Positions 36,052 through 47,892 of a stretch of 64,000 nt of DNA are shown here, piece by piece (position 1 is the stretch's first letter; each line of letters opens with the position of its first letter). The position numbers were made by a program, and so were the translations under genes. The stretch is taken from assembly GCA_965649825.1 (NCBI GenBank), contig OZ287695.1, positions 2,097,288 to 2,161,287 on the forward strand, written 5' to 3'. The notes under the pieces are model-generated. The model was not told where the DNA came from. It saw only the letters and a list, made by a program, of their open reading frames with translations, and made no database searches. Source of the stretch: Penicillus capitatus. Lineage: Eukaryota; Plantae; Chlorophyta.

Positions 36052-36592
36052 TTAGGGCTTCTTCACAACGACGATCTTTTTCTTCGGGACCGGGATGGGT
36101 TCTGGCTTCTTCACGACCACCACTTTCTTCGGAACCGGGTTGGGTTCTGGCTTCTTCACGACCACCACTTTCTTCGGGTCCGGGATGGGTTCTGGCTTCT
36201 TCACGACGACGACTTTGGGCTTCGGGTCCGGGATGACTTTTGGCTTCACGACGACGACTTTGGGCTTCGGGTCCGGGATGACTTTTGGCTTCACGACCAC
36301 CGGTGGTTTACCGCCATGCATTAATTGGCGCTGCGGTGTACCCGCTATCGCCTCCCCAATCCCAACCATATCATCTTCCGTTGCGGAACTGTCCGGCAAA
36401 ACGCGTGACTCTGGGGCGGTTACACAACGCATCGTTAACGGAGAAATGTATTCCGTAGAAAGTTACCTGCGCAAAGAGCAAAGCAACAAAGTAGAACCTG
36501 CGACACAGTGACGCGAGTCAGAAAACAGGTTGTCGGAGAGAACGATAAGCAGGATGTACGCAGAAGAGGGTTCCGGAACGTGCAGGACGCAT
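36052..36592 (-). CDS. Secreted Pro/Lys/Val-rich repeat protein (putative cell-wall protein)
   Basis: Hand-spliced MRPARSGTLFC|VLLCCFALCA|ESRVLP... signal peptide, then five 15-16 aa repeats of the KPKVIPDPKPKVVVV / KKPEPIPDPKKVVVV type. Confidence 0.7.
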
Positions 36593-38926
36593 GGTGTTCG
36601 AATACGAAAGGTAGTTGATTCTTATTCAACACGGGGTGGTGTTGTATAACAGACACTTCACACTTGAGAAAGTATTTGTTCGCTGGCGTCCTTTCCGCTT
36701 AAATACCTGACGGGTGATGGGATTTGTCGACGATGAATTCGGGGCAGCTGTTACTGTTTGTGAAATTCGTCGTTAGAATTGCAGTACGTGTCGCTGCCAA
36801 CCAGCTGCCTACTGCTCGAAAGGTCCGCGGACATTCGGAGTTGTTGCGAAAAGGGTAGCTGCCGCGAAAGTGTCCCTTCCGTCTCGGAGATTCTCGCTTT
36901 TTGCCTTTCTTTTTTTCCCTTGCTTTCGCGCCTGTCTGTCTGACGTCAAGTTCTGTTCTCCCTTACGGAGAAACGATGTGACGGACGAAGGAAATACGCT
37001 TCTGCTGGCCCTCTTTCGGCAAACTGCAACGCGAGCTCGAATGCTGACGTTAGCTTACAAGAAGGAGGGAGATGCCCTACGGACCGGAGTTCAACGCAAA
37101 ACTCCAACGCGTTTGTCAGAAATCGTTTTCGTTTGGACGCGAAGTCCACGCTATGAATGAATACCTTTCTATCGTGCGCGTCTCGAAACGCAGCGATTGC
37201 GCGGCGAGTTGCGATGGACTAACCCGATGACTTCGTCGTTTTGTTTTGCTCGGTACCTTAGGCAATCGCGTCGACTCGAGATGAAACGCAGCAATCGTGC
37301 ATATCTCGCTGTGTCGGTACAGAGGTACTGACGATTTCGCAAATCTAATCTGTTATGGCCTCGTACGCTGCTTAGAAATCCCACCCTTCTTTGCTGCAAA
37401 TTTCCAGTTCTGGTTCTGAGACTTCGTTTGTAACCAGTTTCTCCGAAACGGAATTAGATTCCACACGATCCCCAGTAATTCCCCAGTAATAACACAAGGA
37501 TAATGCTTTTGCTAAAATCAGCTTGTGATCTGAGTCCGTCCTTAATCTTGAGAGGAACGACATCGGATTCTAGCGATTCGATGAATTGATCAAACACATT
37601 TCTTCGTTTACACGTCCCTGTCCATAAGACAGACATTCACCTTACAAAGGGAACTGAAATCACGCTAAAGATAATTTCTGGTTGAGTGCATGTCTCTAAA
37701 CAGCCCTGTGCAAGAACGGGAAGATTTTTAAAGTGTGTTAACCGTGTCCACTGTATTGAACGCAGAAATCGGCATGGGTCATGTCATTTGTAACAGTCCA
37801 GTCCCGGAATCTCGAAATCGACTAATTGCTCCAGGCCTTCTATCTAAACATCGATGCTAACGAATCCTCACAGCGTCGGAACTTTAAGGTTGGGAAGAGT
37901 ATCATGGTCCAATCCCAGATGCATGTCTCATAGAGCCATACACATGAAGTCTTGTGCTGACTGTTAGCAAAGACTCCTCAGCTTCAGCCGATTCCTGGTC
38001 CATTAGATACCTGAAGAATCCGTGCACTCATGGAGAATGAGCTGCGTCATCAGATTGGTGGCAAGGTGAATAGATTGAGAGATAGATTAAGTAACTGAAT
38101 GTGAGTGAATGCAGTCCGATCGCTCTCTGCAACATCAAATCTCCAAGTGGTTTAGAGCCATCGTCGAATACACCATGACCAATGAACAGTGCTTGGACTG
38201 AGAAACCTGGGAAGCATTCGATTGTTAAGGCGTCCGAAGTGAGTTGATCGAGGACGGCTAGTGCAAGGGCAATTCGGGGTGAGGAGCTTTCGAAGAACAT
38301 ATTCAATCGCCAGATGCCGTCGAATAGGAAGTGGAGACTGCCCCAGGACTATTTGCACCCAAAAGCCACGGACTGAACATAAATGAGCCGAATGAAAAGG
38401 AGTCAACAAAAGACATCTGTCGCTGGAGCGTTGCGCCTATGGGTGATGCTCTCACACACAGTTTCTTCGGCCGTTGGTCCCATTCAAGTATTGTCTAAGA
38501 TTATAAAGCGAGCAAGTAACATCTTCCTGATAAGTTACTGCCAGATCCCGACCGCTCTCGCACACAAAGGTGAAGACGTGTTTAAACTCCAGGTGAAGGT
38601 CGACGCTCTTCGACAGATGCCATACCTTTGTGCAAGATGCGAATGTGACCTGCAAAGATGACACTATGAGGCAAGAGAGATCCCGCTGTAGATTTTCGTC
38701 TTTGCCTTTCCGTTCTGTCAATTCCACAGACATCCACACATCGTTCCAGGTTTGCAACAGAATCGTTAGAAACAAACATTTCAGCAACGATTGTTATTTG
38801 ACAAGACTGAAGTCACCGATGGCATTTGCACGTGCTCCGTTCGCATGGCGTCTCATCGCTAACAGAGCTAACAAGTGCAAAGATTGAAGGGATGAACAAG
38901 GCTGTTTCAGAACCATGCATTTATCG

Positions 38927-41900
38927 TCACTGTGTCTTGCATTTCAGTTTATCTGAAAAATCGAACGCTTCTCTCCACAGAGCCTCCACTGCATTCTCCA
39001 CCGTAGCGTTGTCCAAGAATGGCTCCGTCGAAGGCACGATCCGAACTTCACTGACATCTCGGATATTCGAGTATCGACCCTGCGCCAGACGACGCGTATA
39101 CTGCTTGGCCTGTCGAATGACCAGTTGGTAAGGAACGCCAAATCGCATCTTGTGCTTTGGATATTTGAATATCGTGTAATGCTCCATGTAATCGACATCT
39201 AGATTCTCACTCTTTATGTACAGCTCATTATTCTCCCGAATGCCAATGGCATCGATAAAATCTTTTGCCAGTGCATGATCCTCGAGCTTCGTCACCTCAC
39301 TCACCTGCCAATCAAAATAAAATATCTCCGGGGCGGATGAAGATAGCAAACCTGTGTTTTGAGCATGAATCGAATATCGGATTCGCGTCCCTCCACTTCG
39401 TCATGGTGACAGACACATTGTCGTTTGACATCGCTGACGATCCAGCGAATCGGCGCCGTTTCGATGCCGACAAATTTCAGATCGGCATCGTAGCGCGCCG
39501 TCACGACACCCGTTCCTGTCTGCGCCACCACTTTGACGCCTTCTTCCTTATCGCCTTTGTACTGGTCTTCGGGAATATCTGTTAACGAGTTTATCAATCT
39601 CTGTTTCAGAAAGTCGCGTTCTTCATCATCGAAGAAGACAGAAGCGACAAACGACGTGGAAATGAATCCATCATTGGCACGTTCTCCTCTAGGCACACGG
39701 CGAAAGTGACCTGAATCGAACATCGGATCCAAGAAACGTGATTTTCTTCGTTCCAGAGCCTTGAGCAAATCTTCGGTGGTCAGATGCGTGGCATCTTCCA
39801 CAAAAGACTGGGGAGGACTCACAACGTAGCTTCGGCCAAACTTGACTTGAATCTCGCATGGACCGTTGACTTCTGGCGAGTACTGTCTCTGAAAGTGGGC
39901 CAGTTGACGTCTGAAATGCTGTCGGAACTGATCAAAGTTGTCGGTATTGGTAGGATCCACCGCCGAAGTGGCAGGACGATCACGCAAGCGAACGACATAG
40001 AGCCTCTTGTAATCATGCTGTGGATACTTGTAGCCTAAGTAAGGCTCGAGGCGAATGGAGGCATGGGTACCAACTGCCGTTTCCACTAAAAGATTGTGCG
40101 CACCTGTCACATCTTTTGTGCCCCTAGATACACGAAACACCGTCACCTCTTCACCTCTTCAGCCCTATCTTACCGCACGCGCAGTGTCCGGCCCGTTTTT
40201 TGTTGTTCATCAGCCTGTGCATTGAGCATCTCGATCTGTTTCTCTAACAGATAGAGCTCTGCCTCCGTTCCGACGCCTTTGACGATCTTTCCCGGATTCA
40301 AAGCGCTCATTCGAGACTGGACATCGACCCATGCTCCAGATCTCTGATGCAGCATCCTGGTGAGGCCATCCTCATCGCCAACCACGAGACGCGACGCCTC
40401 GAGTTTGATAAAGAAAAGACGTTCGATGGGAACTTTGCTGAGCAAGACGGATGCGTTGACGTGGAGAGACAGGCGATGGGAGGCTTTCTCCATTTCGGCC
40501 GAGAGCAGAGTCAGCATATCAGTCCTTGCTTCATCATTCCATCTCTCCACCTTTAAGGCCTGTAAAAATGCCACAGACATGATCACGTCCCTAATTAGCT
40601 GCTGTGGCAGACTTGTGAGAGTTCTGGATGGAGATCGGCTGGAATCTGAGCCGTCCCCTGTTTCATGAAGGTACACAGGAGACGTCCAACTCGACCAGAC
40701 TCTCCTTCCCACGGCTGATCGCTGATCTCGTCGTTTCGATTGGCTGTTAGGTTTTGATGCAAGCTCTTCCATTCGTTGTCCGTGCCAAAGCAGTCGTTGT
40801 GCAGCGGATCTTCAAAAAATCTCTTGGCTGCTTCCAAGAACTGCCGTGGAGGGATTGGATGCAATTCGCCAGCCTTGAGACAATGATCGATGAACATCAG
40901 TGGCACCAAGTAGTCTGGCAGGAAGAAAACACGACCGCCCACCAATCCTGTCGCCATCATCCATGTGAACAGGATTCTGAGCGCAGGGAAGAGCCACTGG
41001 TGCTTGAAGAAGTACTTCTTGATCACAATCCACTTAACGACTTCGGCTGGATTGGCAGAGAGCCGAGCCTTTGTCTTGGGCAGCCTCTTGAAGACACGAA
41101 CTCTGAGGTGACATTGCTCAGTGTTTAGGTTTTGTGCCGCGAAAAGAGAAGAGCATTCGGATTTCACCCTGTCCAACCGCGTCAACTGATCCTCTTTGCT
41201 CAGGGCGATGTTTTCTGAATCATACACCTGCCGTCTCTTTTTCATGACCAGAATGCACACTTCTCCTCTCTGATCATCGAACAGCAGGAGATGACTGGCA
41301 CCAAAAAGCACGCAGAGAGCAACGCGCTGACAGGTCTCTCCCAGAAAACGTGCCAACATGATATGATGTTCGTAGGCTTTATACAGTTTGCTACACAGCC
41401 ACACATGACGTTCCTCAGGAGAGAGAAAGACAGACGACTTACTCAATCGTCCCGTTGAAAATTTCTTTCACGCTGTCCGAGATTTCGGAGTAAATTGAAC
41501 GCTGCGGTCTCTGTTTGGATGCTGCGTCGCTATAGATCTCGGCCAGAAGATCCTTCAAGATCCAAGGAAAGCTCAAAAAATGTTGCATCTCGTTGCCTAT
41601 GTGCACGGATCGCATATCTCTTCGGCAAAAGGCATACGACTTACCCACAGAATACTGATCTCCGTAACAAGAGGCATAGGCAGCATAGTACCAAGCAGAA
41701 GCTTTCTTCTTCTCCTCGACTCTGCCATCTGCCTCATCCAGTCGCGAGTCGGTGAAAAAGATCGCTTTGTATTTCGTCTTGATCTTCTCCAACATAAACT
41801 TCACGTTCTTCCTCACGTCATCCAGTTCGCTTTCGAGTCTCGGGTGGTACGTCGAGATGACACCCGACCACATCTCAGCCTCCGTCTCAATGCCGTACAT

Positions 41901-44900
41901 GCGCATGATCGTCAGGATCTCTTGGTTGTACTGTTTGAAGATCCGGTGTGCCTCAGTGATGTAGTCTTTATATCCCTCAACCTTGAAGGCCTCGTCTGGA
42001 TGTGGTCGGCTGCTCTGCTCAGCCGTTGCTGGATCGGTGGTGGCCATCATGTACTTGTTGCATTCGCGAAACATCTGCCCCAGGACATTCATGGACGGAT
42101 ACGACGGTTTGTCGACTTTCATCATGAAATCTGGATACTTAGTGAGTTCAGATTTGATATGCGATGGAAGATGTGTCCAGCTGCCAGTCTTTGGAGCATC
42201 GACGGCCTTTGCATGCAGCTCGGAAAGATCCAAACAGATTTCGCTCTCGAGTCCTCGCTGATCTGCCAGAGCCTTGTGCGTGTTGTCGATCATACCTAAC
42301 GTATCGTTCTCGATAAAAGCGCAGATGTAATCGGCAATGTGGCGCAGCCCGATCTGATCGGGTCTCTCCTCCTGCTTTGCTCCAGTGTAATCCATGGGCT
42401 CCTTGATCGGGATCGTTGGCAAGAGGCGCATATCCCAGATGCAATGATACTGATCTCCATCTAAATCCGATCCGGATAGTTCATTGGGATGCGGTCGCGG
42501 TCCTTTCTGAGGAAAAACGACACAGTCGACAAGATGACGCAGCTGTGGAATATCTTTTCCTTCAAGGGTGCGAACATCTCCTGGATGAATGCACGGGTTC
42601 TTCATGATGACGATCGTGGAGGTAATGACACGGCGAGCGACACCCGGTTTGTCCAGGTCTTCCGAAATCTGGATGAAAACCTGACCGCTCTCTAGCACCC
42701 CTTCTTCATCCATCACCCCAATCAACACACGGCCCTTATCTTCATCCAGACGGACTCGGGATCGCTCTCTCATGTCTTGCATCTGAAATCTACGCCAGAT
42801 GAAACGGGATGCATCGTAAGAGGAGGACGTTGCGATGTGAAGGATCGGACCGATAGCTCGCTTTCATGATGTTGCGAAAGAATGGATCGGAAGTGAACTG
42901 GAATCGCACTCGTTGAAGCCGATTGATCTCTCTGGACACTGTTGCCTGAAGAGCCTTCACTGCCGCATCCTCCTCCACAAACATCTTCCCCATCTGGACA
43001 ATCTTGTTCTTCAACAGGTCCATGAAGACATCGTCTCCCACTCCCACGTTGCTCAGCAACATGATCACCTGTATTGCCAGAAACGAAGCTGCATAGAAGC
43101 TGATGTGACGGGTTTTTACCTGTTGATTGAGATGCAGAGGAAGCGGACGTGAGAATTCGAGCACTTCGATACCTTTGCTGTCGGAAGGATACTTCAGCAT
43201 GCTATGTCGCACCACCAGATCAGAGGTATAGCCCTTTCTTCTGAAGAAATCATCATCCCAGACAGACACCATACCTTTGCATCCGCCGATTCTGATCTGA
43301 AAGGCAGACGGGATCGACGAATGCTCCAAGCACTGTTTCTCCTTCACCTAATACCAACAGTCATCGGCCGGCGGTGCAGCTCAGGGCAGTTTACTTTCAA
43401 CGCCAGAGAGGCTGAGATCAATCCAACACCATCGGAGAAACAATAGTCGCCAGCTTCCACATCCGATTCCGTATAGTAGTGCGCCACAGAGACGGTGTGT
43501 ACGGATGTTGAAAAAGCCAAACCCAGTCGCGACATATAACGTGGCACTTGCGTAATCCCTGAAGATCAGACATACCAGCCGTTATGACAACACACGTGAA
43601 AAAGCAACGCACGCGTGAGATCTCCAATTCCGTCGCGTATCTTTTCGGCGATGCAGCATCCATCATCTCGGATGAAATAAGAAGAATGCGCGCGTATCTG
43701 ACTGTTCGATGCTGCCAAGTAGACATACTGATGTGGTCCGATCTTTATCCCATTCATCAAGATGTCGCGGATTCGATTGGTGATATGCGGCAGATCTCCA
43801 TAAAGACTCGTCAGATTGTCGCAGTTCTCATCGCGAATGCCAACGCGAATGAAGATCTCTGCATTGTACTCACGCACGATGCGATTCGTCTAGCAACACA
43901 CTCATCACACAGCGGCCACGATTTGAAGCCTCTGTCCTACCTGGATCAGATCTGGTTCGTAGAAACGTAGCGAGGTGGGCGTGATGATAATTCTCTTCAT
44001 GTACGCGTGATTTGAACTTGGTGGCCTGATCTCTGTATCAGGGATGGCGGATTTCCATGCACGTTCCATAAACTGAACGGGATCACAGAAGAGCTTCTTG
44101 GACATCACTCTTGCAAGCTCGTATATCGTTCGAATCGCTTCGTTCTCTTGCATGGAGTTCAGAATTTGATAGAATCGATCATCCATACGTTCCATAACGA
44201 ATCCAGCCGAGGAAGTGAGACAACGCATGGCATAGTGCACTTCGGGATTCTGGCTGTGGGCAGAGCACTTGGTAAGATCCAGCCCCTCTTCGTGTCCGAG
44301 AAAGGGCGCTGTACCGAAGGTGGTCTGCATGGAGGTGAAGTAGACGGTCACTCCAGAGGATTCCAGCAGCTTCAACACTTCACGTACTCGGTGATCGATG
44401 AGATTGTGCTGCGTAGGAGCTCGTGGATTCGGTATTTCCAGTTTATAAGTGAAGCAGTTGGCAAAAACGTGACAGCTGTTTGGCTCGCCATACCCATAGA
44501 CACGCTGCGACGTCTCTCTGCCTTCGTTATCGGACTGCGACATTCGACTCAAACGGGGTGTTTGCGAAAAAGTGAGATAAAGAGTGAGAACAGAATCTTC
44601 TGTATTGGCGTTCTCCTGAAAATCCACCACGGCAAAATCGCGCAGATCTGCAAAGGATGCTTCTATTTGCAGCTCGTCGTTCACCGTGATGACAATTCGG
44701 TCGAATCCTCGTTCCAATCGCAGACTGCTGGCTTGGCCCAGTCGCATCTGCTGAACAAACGTTCGCTGCCATTTGAGCGATCCCACGAACGTCTGATGCA
44801 AACTCAGCCTCAACGCTGTCGACCTCGGAAAGTAGCTCCGTCGATTCAGCAAACTCGTCCAGATATTGAACAGCTCGGAATGGAAGATGGGCGACGTGAA

Positions 44901-47892
44901 CAGACCCAGGATGCTCTTCTCAAAGCGATGGGCGTTTTCTCGATCGCTGTTTTCGTTGAGCGTCAGCAAAGCCTCCGGAAAATAGTGCGTGCCGACGGCG
45001 TTCTCAATCTTCAGCTCTTTGTCGATCCATTCGTGGATCTGGACTTCGGGATGGGTGATTTCGATCGCCTTTTTGATATGGTCTCTGGCACGTTGATACA
45101 TTTTGTCGTCCTGAACGAAGATGGCGAAGCGCACGGCGACTTCGACCTTCTCCGATTCGTCCTCGTCGAGAAATGGAAGCTCTTCTTGACTGGCATCCAC
45201 ATCGACTTGCTTCATGATATCCAGCATCTCCTGCAGTTCTGCTTCTGAGATTCCGTTCGCCTGTGGCCCTGCCTCCTCTTTCTGAATGATCCTCCTTCCG
45301 GTATCTTCCTCCAGATCCAGTGGCACCTTGCTGTGGGATGTCATCTGATCGAAATGATACCTGTTCTTCATCATCAGCTGGATCACATCGGCCTGTGTCT
45401 GCATACAGCTCAGGTATAACTGCTGCCTGTTCTTCTCGGCCTCGCTCTTGCATATGATATAGAATTTGCCATCGGCTGCTCGACAGGCGCGTCCTCGACT
45501 CTGAATAAACTGCCGCAGGTTTTCAGGCGCTTTCATACGGAGCACCATATTGCAGGAAGGCACATCGAGACCTTCTTCCAGAATGGTCGTGGTGACCAGC
45601 AGTTTCGTCTGCCCACGTCTGAAATCGTTCAGAATCTCTTGTTGCTCTTCGAGGCTCAGTCCATCCCCACAAATACCTCTGCCCACAATGACTTGAGGAT
45701 TGAGCGCCGTCTGGATAAGATTCAGCTGCGCAAAACAGCTACAGAGTTTGCGTGCCGTTCGACGCATATCCACGAACACCAGAATCCGCGTATCTTTCCT
45801 GTGCTCTTCATAGTGCTCTTGGATCATTTCGATCATTCTCTTGCACTTGTTGGAAAGGAGATGGTGTTTATAGACATCGCTTTTGGACTCCCGTTGGACC
45901 TTCTGAAAAAGACTCGCGTAGAGAGGCTGACCGTCAAAACTCTTCTTGTAACTAAACACACAAAACGTGTTGCCATGTAGAAGTGATCTTGTCTCGTAGA
46001 GGATGGTATGTACCCATACAGAGCTTCTTTCTTTCTTTGCTCCTGTCCTGGTGCCGGATCTTCAATACTGTAGAACACCTTCTTCAGCTGTTGCATCGCC
46101 ACGTCATGACCGATCACATTGTTGACCTCATGAACTGCCAAGATCTGATTCATGTGATCTCTCATCGCATAGCTACGCAAAGAGAGAGCATCCATCGCTC
46201 ATGGCCCTGACTGTTGTCAGAGACGCACATACCCATAGTAGATATCCTCTGTGCGGCTACGGAATCGCTCCTTGTCGCGAGCTTCGTCCAACTGACCTTC
46301 AATTTTTCTCAGTTTTCCACGAAGTTTGTTGGTATCGACCTCGCGATCGTCTCCCGTCAAGAGACCCTCCAACGAACCAAACAGCGGGGCAATATCTATC
46401 AGACGATGCTGTGTCGCTCGAGTCACTTCACGCATGTAGTCATCCAACTGTTGCTTGAACTCAAACTCTTTCTGACCAGGATCGACAATGAACGCCCAAT
46501 CATGCGTATGTCGCATGCCGTTGTCATACGGATCGTTTTTGCAAGGGAAGCAAGGATGGCAATGTAGCCGCATACCCATCTCCCTAATGTCTTTCTCAAC
46601 TGACTGCGCTGTTGCCGTGCTCTCTGCATTGTCCAGAGGAGATGCCGTCATTCCCATGATTAGAGGTCTCGAGGACAGCTGGACATTTTTATCGAGCACT
46701 CGGCCAAGGAGCTCTGCATAGGGACTGTCTCCCTTTGTCTCGTGCGCTTCGTCCAAAACCAAACAGCAAAGATCCTCGACCCTTACCGTGCTGATCTCCA
46801 TCATTGCGTTCATACAGGCGCACGTACTGACTAGTATATCGTACTGAAATTCGCCAATGATCTGCACCGAGTGTGTCAGGTCGCTTGGAAAACAGTCATT
46901 GCGAGAGATCGCACTTTGAGATTCTTCCTTCTCTGGTCCGGATGCATCTGGCCGAAGACGGTGACGACTTTGGCAGCAGAGAGTTCGGTCTTGAGGACAT
47001 GGGATTGCTGCCCGACGAGATGATTGGTGTTGACCACAAAGGCTGCCACTTTGTGTGGATTGATATGTAGCATCGCTCTCAAGACGCCAGCCGCCACCAG
47101 TGTCTTGCCTGATCCTGTTGGCAGACATAGCAGACTGTTCTGCTTGAGGCAGAAAGTCAACATCTCCATCTGCAAGACGCCATCTCACACAAATGCGAGC
47201 GTCACCTGTCACATCACAGACTTGATAATTGCGCATCTTCGTTGCTGTGAGATGCTTCAATGTGTCATCGGATGTCCTGTCGACATCGACGAGAAACGTT
47301 GGATGAATAGGTCGACCATCACGGCTGTAAAACTTCCGGCCTGCCTAAACGTCACATCACTGGCTCTAAATGATCATTCGCATGCCATGACAGACAGACC
47401 CGTCTCAAAAAGTCCTTCTGCGAGATACGGGATACACCACATTCTACCAGTGCCGGCAGCACTTCTTTCCACTTGTCCTCGTATCTCTCCAGGCCATTCG
47501 GAAACTCGAACACGACGTATTTTGGACGGATCTCGTCGTAAGCATTGGCCGTGATGGTATCCGCTAGACAGACGCCGATCTTTCCTTCGCAGTTCCTGAC
47601 GACGCGCATTGGCATCTGACGTTTAGTAGGAGCGAGCATACCTGCAGTGTAGCTTCCAACCAAAATCGCCCTTTCCCGTTTCGTGGTTTTCGCGTCGTTC
47701 GGTCGTTTTGCTCCGCTTGAGTGCGATCTGTATTGGCAAGAGGCATCAATCAGGCTTTGCAAAAAGACGTCTCGATGTTGAGGGCACTTCGGGAACGACG
47801 ACGAGTTTGTTTTCGTTTCCCAAAATCGCGAGCTGCTCAAACGTGTACAGCTCTGCGCGACACTGGCGACATTTGATCTTGCCAGGCGACAT
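38927..47892 (-). CDS. RDR: Multidomain RdRP: RLR-CTD, DExD/H helicase, RDR, NTase-like, KH-like, CYTH/TTM-like (about 17 exons)
   Basis: Consecutive ORF pieces join in phase across about 45-62 nt GT-AG introns. RNYQ, LPTGSGKT (47101-47124), LDEAH (46742-46753), MTASP, EEGLDVPSC, QSRGRA; SDGVG, QIRIGGCKG, KNPCIHPGD, SGSDLDGD (DLDGD at 42453-42467). Confidence 0.9.

Noticed and set aside
37372-38790. Patchwork of short minus-strand ORFs after the RdRP stop
   Set aside because: Protein-like pieces but no family motif or consistent exon chain; may be a diverged gene or pseudogene.
44148-45248. 366-aa plus-strand ORF
   Set aside because: Antisense shadow of a long exon of the RdRP fusion.
43905-47260. 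Helicase as part of a Dicer gene
   Set aside because: No PAZ or RNase III motifs anywhere; the frame splices directly into an RdRP.
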